64,000 bases of DNA, from IMG/VR virus record IMGVR_UViG_3300045988_068596, one strand, 5' to 3'. A program made the translations under genes and the position numbers. Below are positions 38,117 through 47,183 of the stretch, piece after piece (position 1 is the stretch's first letter; every line of letters starts with the position of its first letter). The DNA comes from a virus. The notes beneath the pieces are model-generated. The model was not told where the DNA came from. It ran no database searches and saw only the letters and a list, made by a program, of their open reading frames with translations.

Positions 38117-38144
38117 AGGGCACGATGCTGTGCCCTATTTTTTA
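38117..38144 (+). terminator. rho-independent terminator after tail fibre gene
   Basis: agggcac-gatgct-gtgccct stem followed by attttttaa. Confidence 0.75.
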
Positions 38145-38150
38145 ATTGAA

Positions 38151-38160
38151 TGCTATATTA
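38151..38160 (+). promoter_or_regulatory. extended -10 motif TGCTATATTA
   Basis: Motif copy upstream of the 38195 gene. Confidence 0.5.
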
Positions 38161-38194
38161 TCTAATGAAACCATAGAAGAAAAGAGGTTATAAA

Positions 38195-38740
38195 GTGGCT
38201 ATTGCAACTAATAATTCCCGAGTGTATGCTTCATTACAGCTTAAAAACAAAAAAGACAGCATGTACTTAGTTATCGGTAAAACCTCACCTTGGACAAATG
38301 AAGATGCTCCACCCGCTACTGACCCGAATACTTCAACATTACAAGAAGTTGTTGGTTACAAAAAAGTAAGTAAAGCATCTCTATGTCGTGAATACGTTGC
38401 AGATGACGAAAACAAGTACCCAGTAATTAGCTATGGTACTCGTAAATTTACTTTGATACCGGATGAAGATGCTTATAAAGAAAAAGCATGGATGGTATAT
38501 ATCGAATCTGAAATCGTAGGTGATGAATTACCTTTAGGTACATTTAGACAAGTAGGACTTCACACTGACCTAGTACCAAAAACAGGTGTAGATAAAGATG
38601 CGTTACTACCTACAGAAGTAACAAATGCAGGTATTTTACAATTCTTTGAAAACAGACAACAACAAAACAGAACTGCCGATGTAACAATCCGAGAAAAATT
38701 TATCGTTACAATGGAAAACGGCAAAACATTAAAAGCGTAA
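38195..38740 (+). CDS. tail/baseplate-associated protein (181 aa)
   Basis: GTG start with RBS AAAGAGG. Precedes the 1152-aa tail protein, as a ~173-aa gene does in phage K-like genomes. Confidence 0.5.
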   Translation: MAIATNNSRVYASLQLKNKKDSMYLVIGKTSPWTNEDAPPATDPNTSTLQEVVGYKKVSKASLCREYVADDENKYPVISYGTRKFTLIPDEDAYKEKAWMVYIESEIVGDELPLGTFRQVGLHTDLVPKTGVDKDALLPTEVTNAGILQFFENRQQQNRTADVTIREKFIVTMENGKTLKA

Positions 38741-38756
38741 GAGAGGATGACAAGCA

Positions 38757-41700
38757 TTGGCAAAAGAAATTACAAATGATGATTTAAAGAAAGCGCCCTA
38801 CCTTGACCGCTTTGACCCTAACAAGAATAGAACACGAGTGCTATTCAAACCGGATAAACCTCTTCAACAAGCAGAACTTAATGAACTACAAGCAATGCAA
38901 GATTATGCGTTATCCAATGTAGCAGAGTCCGTGTTCAGTGATGGGGACATTCAAACAGGTATGGAGTATATCCTTCAAGGAACTACGCTTACTGTTAAAA
39001 AAGGTAAAGTGTTCCTTGGTGGTAAAATGCGTAATTTTAACGAACAAAGTATTGAAATCACAGGTAGAGGTACTGAGTACATTGGTGTTAAACTTGTTCA
39101 AAAGGTAATTACCGCAGAAGACGACCCAACCTTGTTAGACCAAACAAGTGGCGTTCCTAGTCATTTCTCAGAAGGTGCAGACCGTCTAGAGGAAACAGTT
39201 GTACTAGGAGTAAACGATGATGAAGCTTCAAACATTTATCGTTTTGAGAACGGTCAATTATATATTAACCCAGATACACCAGAAATGGACAAAATCAATA
39301 AAGTATTAGCAGAACGTACTTATGATGAATCCGGTTCTTATCGTGTACGTGGATTTGATATGTATACAGAAGTACACCCAACAGACCCTAATAACAAAAT
39401 CCAATTAGTTATTGACTCTGGACGTGCATATGTATTAGGTTTTAAAGTAGACAAACCTACAACTACTCGTATTGACATTGATAAATCTCGTGATTTAGAA
39501 ACAATCAATAACGAAGGTTTCTACTACAGTAACGAAACTCGTTTAAACAAACTAGGTAACTCACCTGTATCTAGCGTAGACCGTGTAACAGCCCAAGTGG
39601 AAGTTGCAAAAGAACAAGTGTCTCGTGGAGTTGTTGGCGGGGGTACTGATTACCTTAAAAATACTTCGGTAACAAAAGTTGTTCGTGTATGGACGGAAGG
39701 TTCAGGAGCGCACGAATATAGACAGGGAGAGGACTTCCAATTAGTTAATGGTCAAGCTATCTCATGGGCACCTACAGGGCAAGAACCACCTGCCGGAGGT
39801 ACCTACTTTGTACAATACGTTTACAACAAAACAATGATTGAAAACACTGATTATAAAGTAACTGTTAAAGGTGAAGGAGATAACCGTGAATGGTATATTG
39901 ACTTTAACGAAATGACAGGTTCTAAACCAGTAGACGAATCATTAGTTAACGTAGATTACAAATACTTCTTAGCTCGTAAAGACTTAATTGTGTTAGACCA
40001 TAACGGAAACTTTACTGTTCATAAAGGACAGCCTAACGCAATGCGTTTAGTAGATTCTCCTAACCATATTGACCCATTGACACTGAATATTGGTACAGTG
40101 CTTGTTTACCCAGATTCAAGCACGGCAGAAGCTAAACAATGGACAATCACTCGGTTAACGATGGAAGAGCTACAAAAATTATCTGTACGTGTAGACAATA
40201 TGGAATACAACCAAGCGGTATTCTATCTTGACCAACCTGCGATGGCAGGAGAAAACCCAATCTATTTACGTGGGGTATTCTCAGATGCGTTTATCTCTCT
40301 TGATAAATACGATACAAGTCATCCAGATGCTACAATTGCCTTTGACTTTGATACAGCAGAAATCACACTGCCTTATGCAGAGATTAATAAAACTGTACCA
40401 TCCATTATCGAAGGTTCTAGTGAAGCACATGTATGGGGACGGTTAGTAACTGCACCATTTACCGAAGAAGTCGGAATTAGACAACCATTTGCTACAGAAG
40501 CAATGAATGTTAACCCATACAATACGTTCAATAAGCAAGGTGTTCTAACACTAAATCCTAGTGCAGATAACTGGATTGAAGAAGAACGTATCACTATCAC
40601 CAAAGAAGAAACATCTACAATGACTATTCGTCAATGGTGGAGACACGGTGGAGCTTCTTGGACAAATGATGAAATGAACCTTGTATCTAACGTAGACCTA
40701 GACAACGGTATGAATTGGAGCGACCTAAAAGACGACTACCGTAAGTCTGGATTGTCTGGTACTACACTGTCTAGTGGTGGACAACAAACAAAAGAGTCTA
40801 TGATTGAGTTCATGAGACAAATTGACGTTGAAATCTACGCTGAGAACTTAGAGCCAAATGCAAACAACTTAGTTGTGTCATTTGATGGACTACGTGTCCC
40901 TGTAACACCATCTTCTGGTTACCGTAAAGGTTCACAAGAGGGTACTGGTATGGCAAATGCTGATGGTACGTTCAAAGGTGTATTCAAGATTCCTGCGGGT
41001 GTACGCTGTGGTACTCGTGAAGTATCTATTCGAAATGATACGAACTTAGCAAGTACAACGTTCACTGCACAAGGAACAATGAAAACTACTGAGGACATCA
41101 TCATCCGTACTCACGTAACAATCAACCTAGTTGACCCATTAGCACAATCATTCAGCTTCAATACAAACCGTATTGCTACAAGCTTCGATGTATTCTTCGC
41201 TTCTAAGGATAGCAGTACAAACATTATCTGTCAAGTACGTGGTATCTCAGAAGGCGGTCAACCAAACAAAACGGTTTATGCAGAACGTGTATTAAAACCT
41301 TCTGAAATCAAAGTGTCTGACGATGCTAGTGTAGCAACTAAGATTACATTTGATGACCCATTGATGTGTAAAGCAGGTCAAGAATACTGTTTAGTGTTCA
41401 TTACTGACTCTGATAAATACACAATGTGGATTGCTACAATGGGACAAAACAGAATTGATGACCCAACGCAAAGTGTGAACTCTAACCCTTACTTAGAAGG
41501 TGTGCTTTACAGTTCATCTAATGCGAGTGCATGGTCTATTCACCAAATGTCTGACTTGAAATTTACTGTTTACACAGCTAAATTTAACGAAGAAGCTGTC
41601 TTGGAGTTCGATGTAATGAGAAACATCAACGTAGACCGTGTGGTTCTTATGTCCACATATTTAACTCCTGCGAATACAGGATGTAAATGGGACATGAAGA

Positions 41701-42215
41701 TTGTTCTTAACAATGAACCTTCCGGAACAACCGTCAACGACAAACCTTGGGTTCCAATTGCGAACTATGTAGACTTAGATGTTAACCAGATTGCTCGTGA
41801 GGTTAAACTTCGTGCAACGTTTAAAGCAAACCAATATATTTCTCCAATGCTTGCATTAGACGATATTATGTTTGCCGGTTTCTTAACTGCCTTGAAGGGT
41901 AGCTACGTATCTCGTACAATTGATTTATCCGAGGCTCCATACAACACTGTTAAGATGTCTTACGAACAGTTTACTCCTGCCGGAACCACTGTTGTTGCAA
42001 AATACAGTACTGACGAAGGTAAAACATGGAAGACATTCACTACTCAGCCTACAACAACACAACGTACGCAAGATTTCGTTCGTGTAGACTACGTTGAGAA
42101 GATTAATACGGGTGGAACATTTAAATCCATTAAGTTCCGTCTTGACATGTCAACCCAGAACTCATTCCTTCGCCCGAGGGTGAGACGCTTAATGACGAAT
42201 ATGACCGACAAATAG
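38757..42215 (+). CDS. large tail/baseplate structural protein (1152 aa; adsorption-associated tail protein-like)
   Basis: TTG start with RBS AGAGAGGA. Size and position match the 1152-aa tail protein of phage K-like Herelleviridae (from memory). Confidence 0.55.
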   Translation: MAKEITNDDLKKAPYLDRFDPNKNRTRVLFKPDKPLQQAELNELQAMQDYALSNVAESVFSDGDIQTGMEYILQGTTLTVKKGKVFLGGKMRNFNEQSIEITGRGTEYIGVKLVQKVITAEDDPTLLDQTSGVPSHFSEGADRLEETVVLGVNDDEASNIYRFENGQLYINPDTPEMDKINKVLAERTYDESGSYRVRGFDMYTEVHPTDPNNKIQLVIDSGRAYVLGFKVDKPTTTRIDIDKSRDLETINNEGFYYSNETRLNKLGNSPVSSVDRVTAQVEVAKEQVSRGVVGGGTDYLKNTSVTKVVRVWTEGSGAHEYRQGEDFQLVNGQAISWAPTGQEPPAGGTYFVQYVYNKTMIENTDYKVTVKGEGDNREWYIDFNEMTGSKPVDESLVNVDYKYFLARKDLIVLDHNGNFTVHKGQPNAMRLVDSPNHIDPLTLNIGTVLVYPDSSTAEAKQWTITRLTMEELQKLSVRVDNMEYNQAVFYLDQPAMAGENPIYLRGVFSDAFISLDKYDTSHPDATIAFDFDTAEITLPYAEINKTVPSIIEGSSEAHVWGRLVTAPFTEEVGIRQPFATEAMNVNPYNTFNKQGVLTLNPSADNWIEEERITITKEETSTMTIRQWWRHGGASWTNDEMNLVSNVDLDNGMNWSDLKDDYRKSGLSGTTLSSGGQQTKESMIEFMRQIDVEIYAENLEPNANNLVVSFDGLRVPVTPSSGYRKGSQEGTGMANADGTFKGVFKIPAGVRCGTREVSIRNDTNLASTTFTAQGTMKTTEDIIIRTHVTINLVDPLAQSFSFNTNRIATSFDVFFASKDSSTNIICQVRGISEGGQPNKTVYAERVLKPSEIKVSDDASVATKITFDDPLMCKAGQEYCLVFITDSDKYTMWIATMGQNRIDDPTQSVNSNPYLEGVLYSSSNASAWSIHQMSDLKFTVYTAKFNEEAVLEFDVMRNINVDRVVLMSTYLTPANTGCKWDMKIVLNNEPSGTTVNDKPWVPIANYVDLDVNQIAREVKLRATFKANQYISPMLALDDIMFAGFLTALKGSYVSRTIDLSEAPYNTVKMSYEQFTPAGTTVVAKYSTDEGKTWKTFTTQPTTTQRTQDFVRVDYVEKINTGGTFKSIKFRLDMSTQNSFLRPRVRRLMTNMTDK

Positions 42216-42253
42216 AAGATGTAACTGTAATGTAACATTTCTATGCCTCTTAC

Positions 42254-42264
42254 TGTGGTATACT
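42254..42264 (+). promoter_or_regulatory. extended -10 promoter TGGTATACT
   Basis: TGn+TATACT 30 nt upstream of the RBS of the 42296 gene. Confidence 0.4.
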
Positions 42265-42295
42265 TATTGTATACGAAATAGTAGGAGGTTTTTTA

Positions 42296-43258
42296 ATGGT
42301 TAAAGCATTACAATTAGCAGGTACTACATTTGGTAAATGGCACGTAAAAGAACGAGATACTTCTAAGAAAGGTAGAGCATACTGGATTTGTGAATGCTCT
42401 TGTGGAAGAACAGTTCAATCTATTCCGAGCGGTACTCTTACTACAGGCTCATCTGTGATGTGTAAACAATGTGCAAATGAGAAATCTTTAGTGGGTAAGA
42501 CTTTTGGTAGGTTGACCGTCATTAAAGATTCAGGTGAACGAGCAACTAATGGTAGTATCCTTTGGGAGTGTAAATGTTCCTGTGGGAAGACAAGCCTTGT
42601 CAGGGGTTCAGAGTTAACAGGGGGTCGCACAAAGAGTTGTGGTTGTTACTCCACGGATGTACTCAAAAAAGTAGCCACTAAGCATGGATTGTCTAAAGTG
42701 AACGGAAAACCCACAAAATTATTCCGGGCATGGGCTTCGATGAAACAACGGTGTTACAACAAGAACCATGCGAGTTATAAAGATTACGGTGGAAGAGGTA
42801 TAACCATATGTTCTGAATGGCGTGAAAACTTTGAAGCTTTCCATGATTGGGCTATGACTAACGGATTTTCCGATGACTTGTCTATTGATAGAATTGACAA
42901 TGACAAAGGTTACTCACCAGATAACTGTCGATGGGTAGATGCTAAAACCCAGATTCGAAATAGACGAAATACAGTTACTTATGAGTGGCAAGGAAAAGAG
43001 TATACTCGAGCTGAGTTAAGTAGGTTGACAGGTATAAATGAGCAAACCATTGCTTCAAGATTGAACAAAGGTTTTTCCCTTGAAGAAGCCCTTTCTTCAA
43101 AAATAGGCACTTCTGTATTACTTATGACCTATAAAGAGGAGACTAAACCTGTCAAACAATGGTGTAAAGAACTAGGGTTGAACTATGCAACTGTACGTAA
43201 CAGACATTATAAGGGTTGGACTGATGAAGAAGCTTTGACTGGTATACGTAATAAATAG
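42296..43258 (+). CDS. free-standing homing-endonuclease-like DNA-binding protein (two Zn-ribbon repeats, YGGRGI core, tandem C-terminal HTH repeats)
   Basis: Repeats WICECSCGRT...SSVMCKQC and WECKCSCGKT...KSCGC. Core WASMKQRCYNKNHASYKDYGGRGITICSEW...SIDRIDNDKGYSPDNCRWV is typical of phage homing-endonuclease-type proteins. The C-terminus has two ~35-aa repeats (...TRAELSRLTGINEQTIASRLNKGFSLEEAL / ...WCKELGLNYATVRNRHYKGWTDEEAL). Own promoter and RBS AGGAGG. Confidence 0.5.
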   Translation: MVKALQLAGTTFGKWHVKERDTSKKGRAYWICECSCGRTVQSIPSGTLTTGSSVMCKQCANEKSLVGKTFGRLTVIKDSGERATNGSILWECKCSCGKTSLVRGSELTGGRTKSCGCYSTDVLKKVATKHGLSKVNGKPTKLFRAWASMKQRCYNKNHASYKDYGGRGITICSEWRENFEAFHDWAMTNGFSDDLSIDRIDNDKGYSPDNCRWVDAKTQIRNRRNTVTYEWQGKEYTRAELSRLTGINEQTIASRLNKGFSLEEALSSKIGTSVLLMTYKEETKPVKQWCKELGLNYATVRNRHYKGWTDEEALTGIRNK

Positions 43259-43274
43259 TCAACCAAGTTGAATA

Positions 43275-43316
43275 GCCTCTATATGCTATACTAGGCATAT
43301 AGGGGTTATTTTTTAT
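43275..43316 (+). terminator. rho-independent terminator whose loop contains a TGCTATACT motif
   Basis: cctctatatgc-tatactag-gcatataggg stem followed by gttatttttt. Confidence 0.55.
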
Positions 43317-43335
43317 GTAAAGGAGACTTATTGAT

Positions 43336-43542
43336 ATGCCAGAATCATTTAGACAAAAATCATCAGGAGCTTTAATTTTTAGACCTACAGTTTCTGAGAA
43401 AATCCATTCTAACCAGATGAAAGCTCTTGCTAAAGATAAAGAGAAATTGAACAGAGACATACAAGAGGTTAATAATTTAAAACAAGAATTGACTAAGGAA
43501 TTAGAAGAAATTAGAGAATTAAAAAACAAGTTAAAAGGATAA
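43336..43542 (+). CDS. hypothetical small coiled-coil protein (68 aa)
   Basis: RBS AAGGAGA. Lys/Glu-rich helical C-terminus. Confidence 0.45.
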   Translation: MPESFRQKSSGALIFRPTVSEKIHSNQMKALAKDKEKLNRDIQEVNNLKQELTKELEEIRELKNKLKG

Positions 43543-43660
43543 AATGTCCTATTTTAATTTTTTGACCTCCTTATATATTTAATATTATATATTTAACTAT
43601 TTATCTAAGTTATAAGTATTTATATATTATATATTTATATATAAGGGAACCAAAAATGGA
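43543..43660. repeat. AT-rich region with iterated TATATATTT 9-mers (candidate origin/DUE or bent DNA)
   Basis: At least four copies of TATATATT(T/A) within ~100 nt, between the structural and replication modules. Confidence 0.4.
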
Positions 43661-43670
43661 AAATAGGACA

Positions 43671-43699
43671 TTGACATACACTTACAGTACTGGTACAAT
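43671..43699 (+). promoter_or_regulatory. sigma-A type promoter TTGACA-N17-TACAAT
   Basis: Perfect -35, 17-nt spacer, -10 TACAAT. Lies 37 nt before the helicase RBS. Confidence 0.6.
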
Positions 43700-43735
43700 A
43701 GTATTGTAAGGTGTGAGACATTATTAGGAGGACTT

Positions 43736-45511
43736 ATGAGACTAGTAATAGATGTAATGCACACTCAGATTAGATTTGATGAAAACGAAGGTAGTCTTCG
43801 TAGCACTATACATAGAGTAATGCACGAAGAACTTGGAGTAAAAGCAGATGGCTATCAATTTAGTCCTGCATATAAATCAGGTTACTGGGATGGTATTATT
43901 GATTTTTATAATAAAGACAACGATACATTTCCTACAGGTCTAGTACCTAAAGTAGAGGAAATCCTAGGAAGACTACAAACTGCTATGGGTAGTAGAGGTT
44001 ACATGTTTCAATTTGAGATTATTGATGACAGACCTGACAAATTCATGGAAGTTGAAGAAATGGACTCAGAAATTAAATTGAATGGTGACAATGGAGAAAT
44101 AATTACTCTACGTGACTATCAATATGATTCTGTAAAAAGTATTATTGAGAAGCAAACAGGTATTATCAATGTTGCTACTAATGGTGGTAAAACAGAGATT
44201 GCTTCTGGTTTAATACAGCAAATCCTACCTGCTTTAGAATCGGGAGAAAGGATTGCATTCTTTACAAACAGCTCCTCTATCTTCACTCAATCTATCGACC
44301 GTATTGAAAAACGATTAGGCATTAAAGTAGGTGCCTTTGGAGCAGGTAAAAAGGATATTCAACAAGTTACATTTGTGATGATTCCAACAATTACCTCTGC
44401 TATTTCAGCAGACCCAGAAGCTAAACTTAAACTTACACCGAAAGAGCGTATGTACAAAAAGTTAGCTAAAGAGATTGCTCCTAAGTTCCTTACAGGATTT
44501 AATCAAAAAGGACTACTTGAAGGTTACATCCGTAACTTCCAAGTGAAAACAAAAGCTGATTTACAGTTGAAACATGAATTGGAAGAGGCTTACTACAGTT
44601 GTGGAACCAACAAACAGGTAGTGATGAAAATGCGTAGTTATCAAGCTGAGTATGAAAAGGTAGTCGAGAAAAAGAACGGGAAGGTCTTGAAGAAATACAA
44701 CGAAGCAAAAGAGTTTTTAGAATCTGTTGCTGTTATGATTGTAGATGAGGCACACCATACTAGTTCTGATACTTGGTACCAAGCACTAACTGCTTGTTCT
44801 AATGCTCAGTATCGTATGGCTTTAACAGGTTCTATTGACATGAAAAACCATGTGTTATGGCAAAGAATGCAAGCCATTTTTGGTTCCATTACTACCAAGG
44901 TATCAAATGACACCTTAATCAGTTTAGGTCACTCTGCAAAACCTAAAATTACCATTTTCCCAATTATTGCCCCTACAGACATCGAAAACTCCAATTACAT
45001 GGATGCTTACAAGATGGGGATAGTGGACAATGTATACAGAAACTCTTTGATTGCTAAACTTACAAAGAAAATGTATGAGAGTGGCAGTGGTGTACTGGTA
45101 ATTATTAATCGTATTGAACACGGGGAAACGATTAGTGAGTTATTAGATGCAGAAGGTGTACCACATTACTTCATTCACGGGGAGCTTGATAATGACTTAC
45201 GTGATGAAAAGTTACAAGAAATGCGTGACGGACATTTGAAGGTGATGATTTCCTCAACAATTATTGATGAGGGGGTTGACATCTCCGGTATTGATACCTT
45301 AATATTAGGTGCAGGTGGTAAGTCCTTACGTCAAACCTTGCAACGGGTAGGTCGTGGCTTACGTAAGAAAAAGACAGGTGAAAACAAGGTATCTGTTTTT
45401 GATTTTTACGACTTGACAAATAAACACTTGAAGAAACATTCGGAAGAGAGAAGAAAAATCTATGAGAAAGAACAATTTGAGATTGTTGACATCCCTCTTC
45501 CAACGAAATAA
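43736..45511 (+). CDS. SF2 DNA helicase (DEAH-box)
   Basis: Walker A ATNGGKTEIAS, motif II MIVDEAHH, motif VI QRVGRGLR. RBS AGGAGGA. Confidence 0.85.
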   Translation: MRLVIDVMHTQIRFDENEGSLRSTIHRVMHEELGVKADGYQFSPAYKSGYWDGIIDFYNKDNDTFPTGLVPKVEEILGRLQTAMGSRGYMFQFEIIDDRPDKFMEVEEMDSEIKLNGDNGEIITLRDYQYDSVKSIIEKQTGIINVATNGGKTEIASGLIQQILPALESGERIAFFTNSSSIFTQSIDRIEKRLGIKVGAFGAGKKDIQQVTFVMIPTITSAISADPEAKLKLTPKERMYKKLAKEIAPKFLTGFNQKGLLEGYIRNFQVKTKADLQLKHELEEAYYSCGTNKQVVMKMRSYQAEYEKVVEKKNGKVLKKYNEAKEFLESVAVMIVDEAHHTSSDTWYQALTACSNAQYRMALTGSIDMKNHVLWQRMQAIFGSITTKVSNDTLISLGHSAKPKITIFPIIAPTDIENSNYMDAYKMGIVDNVYRNSLIAKLTKKMYESGSGVLVIINRIEHGETISELLDAEGVPHYFIHGELDNDLRDEKLQEMRDGHLKVMISSTIIDEGVDISGIDTLILGAGGKSLRQTLQRVGRGLRKKKTGENKVSVFDFYDLTNKHLKKHSEERRKIYEKEQFEIVDIPLPTK

Positions 45512-45526
45512 ACGAGGAGGTACAAG

Positions 45527-47170
45527 ATGACAAGTCAATGCTTAACAAATGAAATTCGAGCACAATATAGTCTAGGCAACGGAATTGTTGAGTTCGTTGA
45601 AAGATTAGCTAAAAAAGCACAGCAATGGGGAGAAACATTTGCTACCCCTATACGTAAAACAACTGTAGCTGAGGAGATGGGACGTGACACACGTACTGTT
45701 ACTCGGTATCTAGGACAACTTGAAGAGTTGGGTCTTGTTAGTACAGAAGCAAAACGTGGTAGAAATGGAGGAACTGTTGTCGTGTTTAATACTGATATTT
45801 TAAATTTTGAACCAACTGATAACCCGATTACTTCGGAGACAAAGGAAGCTAAGGAGATTCGTGAACGTGTCTTCCCAAAAGCACCAACTCCGAAACCTAA
45901 AAGACGGTACCGTACAAAATTAGAGATTGCAGAAGCTCGCATTTTAGAACAAAAGCAAAAAAGCTTTGAAGAACGCTTAAACGACTTACTTGAACGTACC
46001 TTCTTGGATAGAGACTTTTTTGATAATTTCGAAGAACCTCGTTTGTATTTCCAAGGGTATTTAATTGCACAAATGTACAATGCTTATGCAGTTATTTTCC
46101 CAAAGAATAGACACGAGTTCTTTAAAGATATTGATGTGAAAAAATCAGAGGAAGGTTTACGTAGTATGAACAAAGCTAAATCATACAACGTGTTACCTGC
46201 TCGTTTTGTAGGAACCCCACAGTACAACAAATTTGTTGAAGTAGCTAGATACTGTAATGAGAATAATATTAACCCATTATCTTATCTAACTGTTCAATTT
46301 GAGCGTGCAGAGCATTTAGCCGACATTGGTAAAGCTCGTGTAGGGGCTATCCCTTATGTAAACACTTTACTGTGTGAAGAAGCTCGTAAAGCTTATTCTG
46401 ACAATGTAATGTTTTATCGTAAAATGCGTAATAGCTTTAACTTATTCGGTATGAGTAGTAGTTCTGTTCCGTATAAAGGGGCTAAATATGAGATTATTGT
46501 AGCTCTACGTACTGCGTACGAATTAGATAGAACAACAAGAGATACGTTCAACTACTTATTAGATGAATTAGCTAGTGGTGCACAACAATCAGTGAAACAA
46601 GCAACCTTGTTAGGTTATTACAACACTACTTTAAATGCTTTATCAGAAAGTGAGTTAGTAGACGAAGACCAACAATTAATCAGAGATTTCTTAAAAGAGC
46701 AAGTATTGTTATATTCACGTAAGAACTCATTGAGCAGTACTATCTATGCTTTAGCTTTCCCATTACAAATTAACGCTGTTAATTCAGTTGCGACCCTAAA
46801 AGGTCTTGACAAAGAGATGTATTACACTTATATTGGTAACATGTACAAGGTTACAGATGTTAACGATGATGAATACAACAGTTTCACGGAACGTGGTCGA
46901 ACAATTGATTTCTCTTACAATGCTAACGATACTTTCTTTAGCACAATGCGATTAATTGCAGATTGTAAGGGTCTAGGAGTTCCGGCAGGTAAGCTAGGAA
47001 GTGCCTTACAAAAATTCGGTGAAGAAAAAGTTCCGTTAGATACTTTTGGTATGTTAGATATTGAACGTATCTATGATAAATTGATTGATTCAGATGAGTT
47101 AGCCAAAGACCGATATATTCAAGACAAAGATGCAACCATGATGAGTATGGTTGTGACTGACGAGGGGTAG
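45527..47170 (+). CDS. replication-associated protein with N-terminal winged-HTH (Rep/initiator-like)
   Basis: HTH KTTVAEEMGRDTRTVTRYLGQLEELGLVS. Sits between two helicase genes, as the Rep protein does in phage K-like genomes. RBS GAGGAGG. Confidence 0.5.
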   Translation: MTSQCLTNEIRAQYSLGNGIVEFVERLAKKAQQWGETFATPIRKTTVAEEMGRDTRTVTRYLGQLEELGLVSTEAKRGRNGGTVVVFNTDILNFEPTDNPITSETKEAKEIRERVFPKAPTPKPKRRYRTKLEIAEARILEQKQKSFEERLNDLLERTFLDRDFFDNFEEPRLYFQGYLIAQMYNAYAVIFPKNRHEFFKDIDVKKSEEGLRSMNKAKSYNVLPARFVGTPQYNKFVEVARYCNENNINPLSYLTVQFERAEHLADIGKARVGAIPYVNTLLCEEARKAYSDNVMFYRKMRNSFNLFGMSSSSVPYKGAKYEIIVALRTAYELDRTTRDTFNYLLDELASGAQQSVKQATLLGYYNTTLNALSESELVDEDQQLIRDFLKEQVLLYSRKNSLSSTIYALAFPLQINAVNSVATLKGLDKEMYYTYIGNMYKVTDVNDDEYNSFTERGRTIDFSYNANDTFFSTMRLIADCKGLGVPAGKLGSALQKFGEEKVPLDTFGMLDIERIYDKLIDSDELAKDRYIQDKDATMMSMVVTDEG

Positions 47171-47183
47171 GGAGAAAAGCAGA

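Noticed and set aside
45535-46080. Minus-strand 181-aa ORF and other minus ORFs (51410-51874, 43152-43529, 62818-63120)
   Set aside because: All are embedded in or overlap + strand genes that have motifs and RBSs. None has an SD sequence. The whole window is transcribed rightward.
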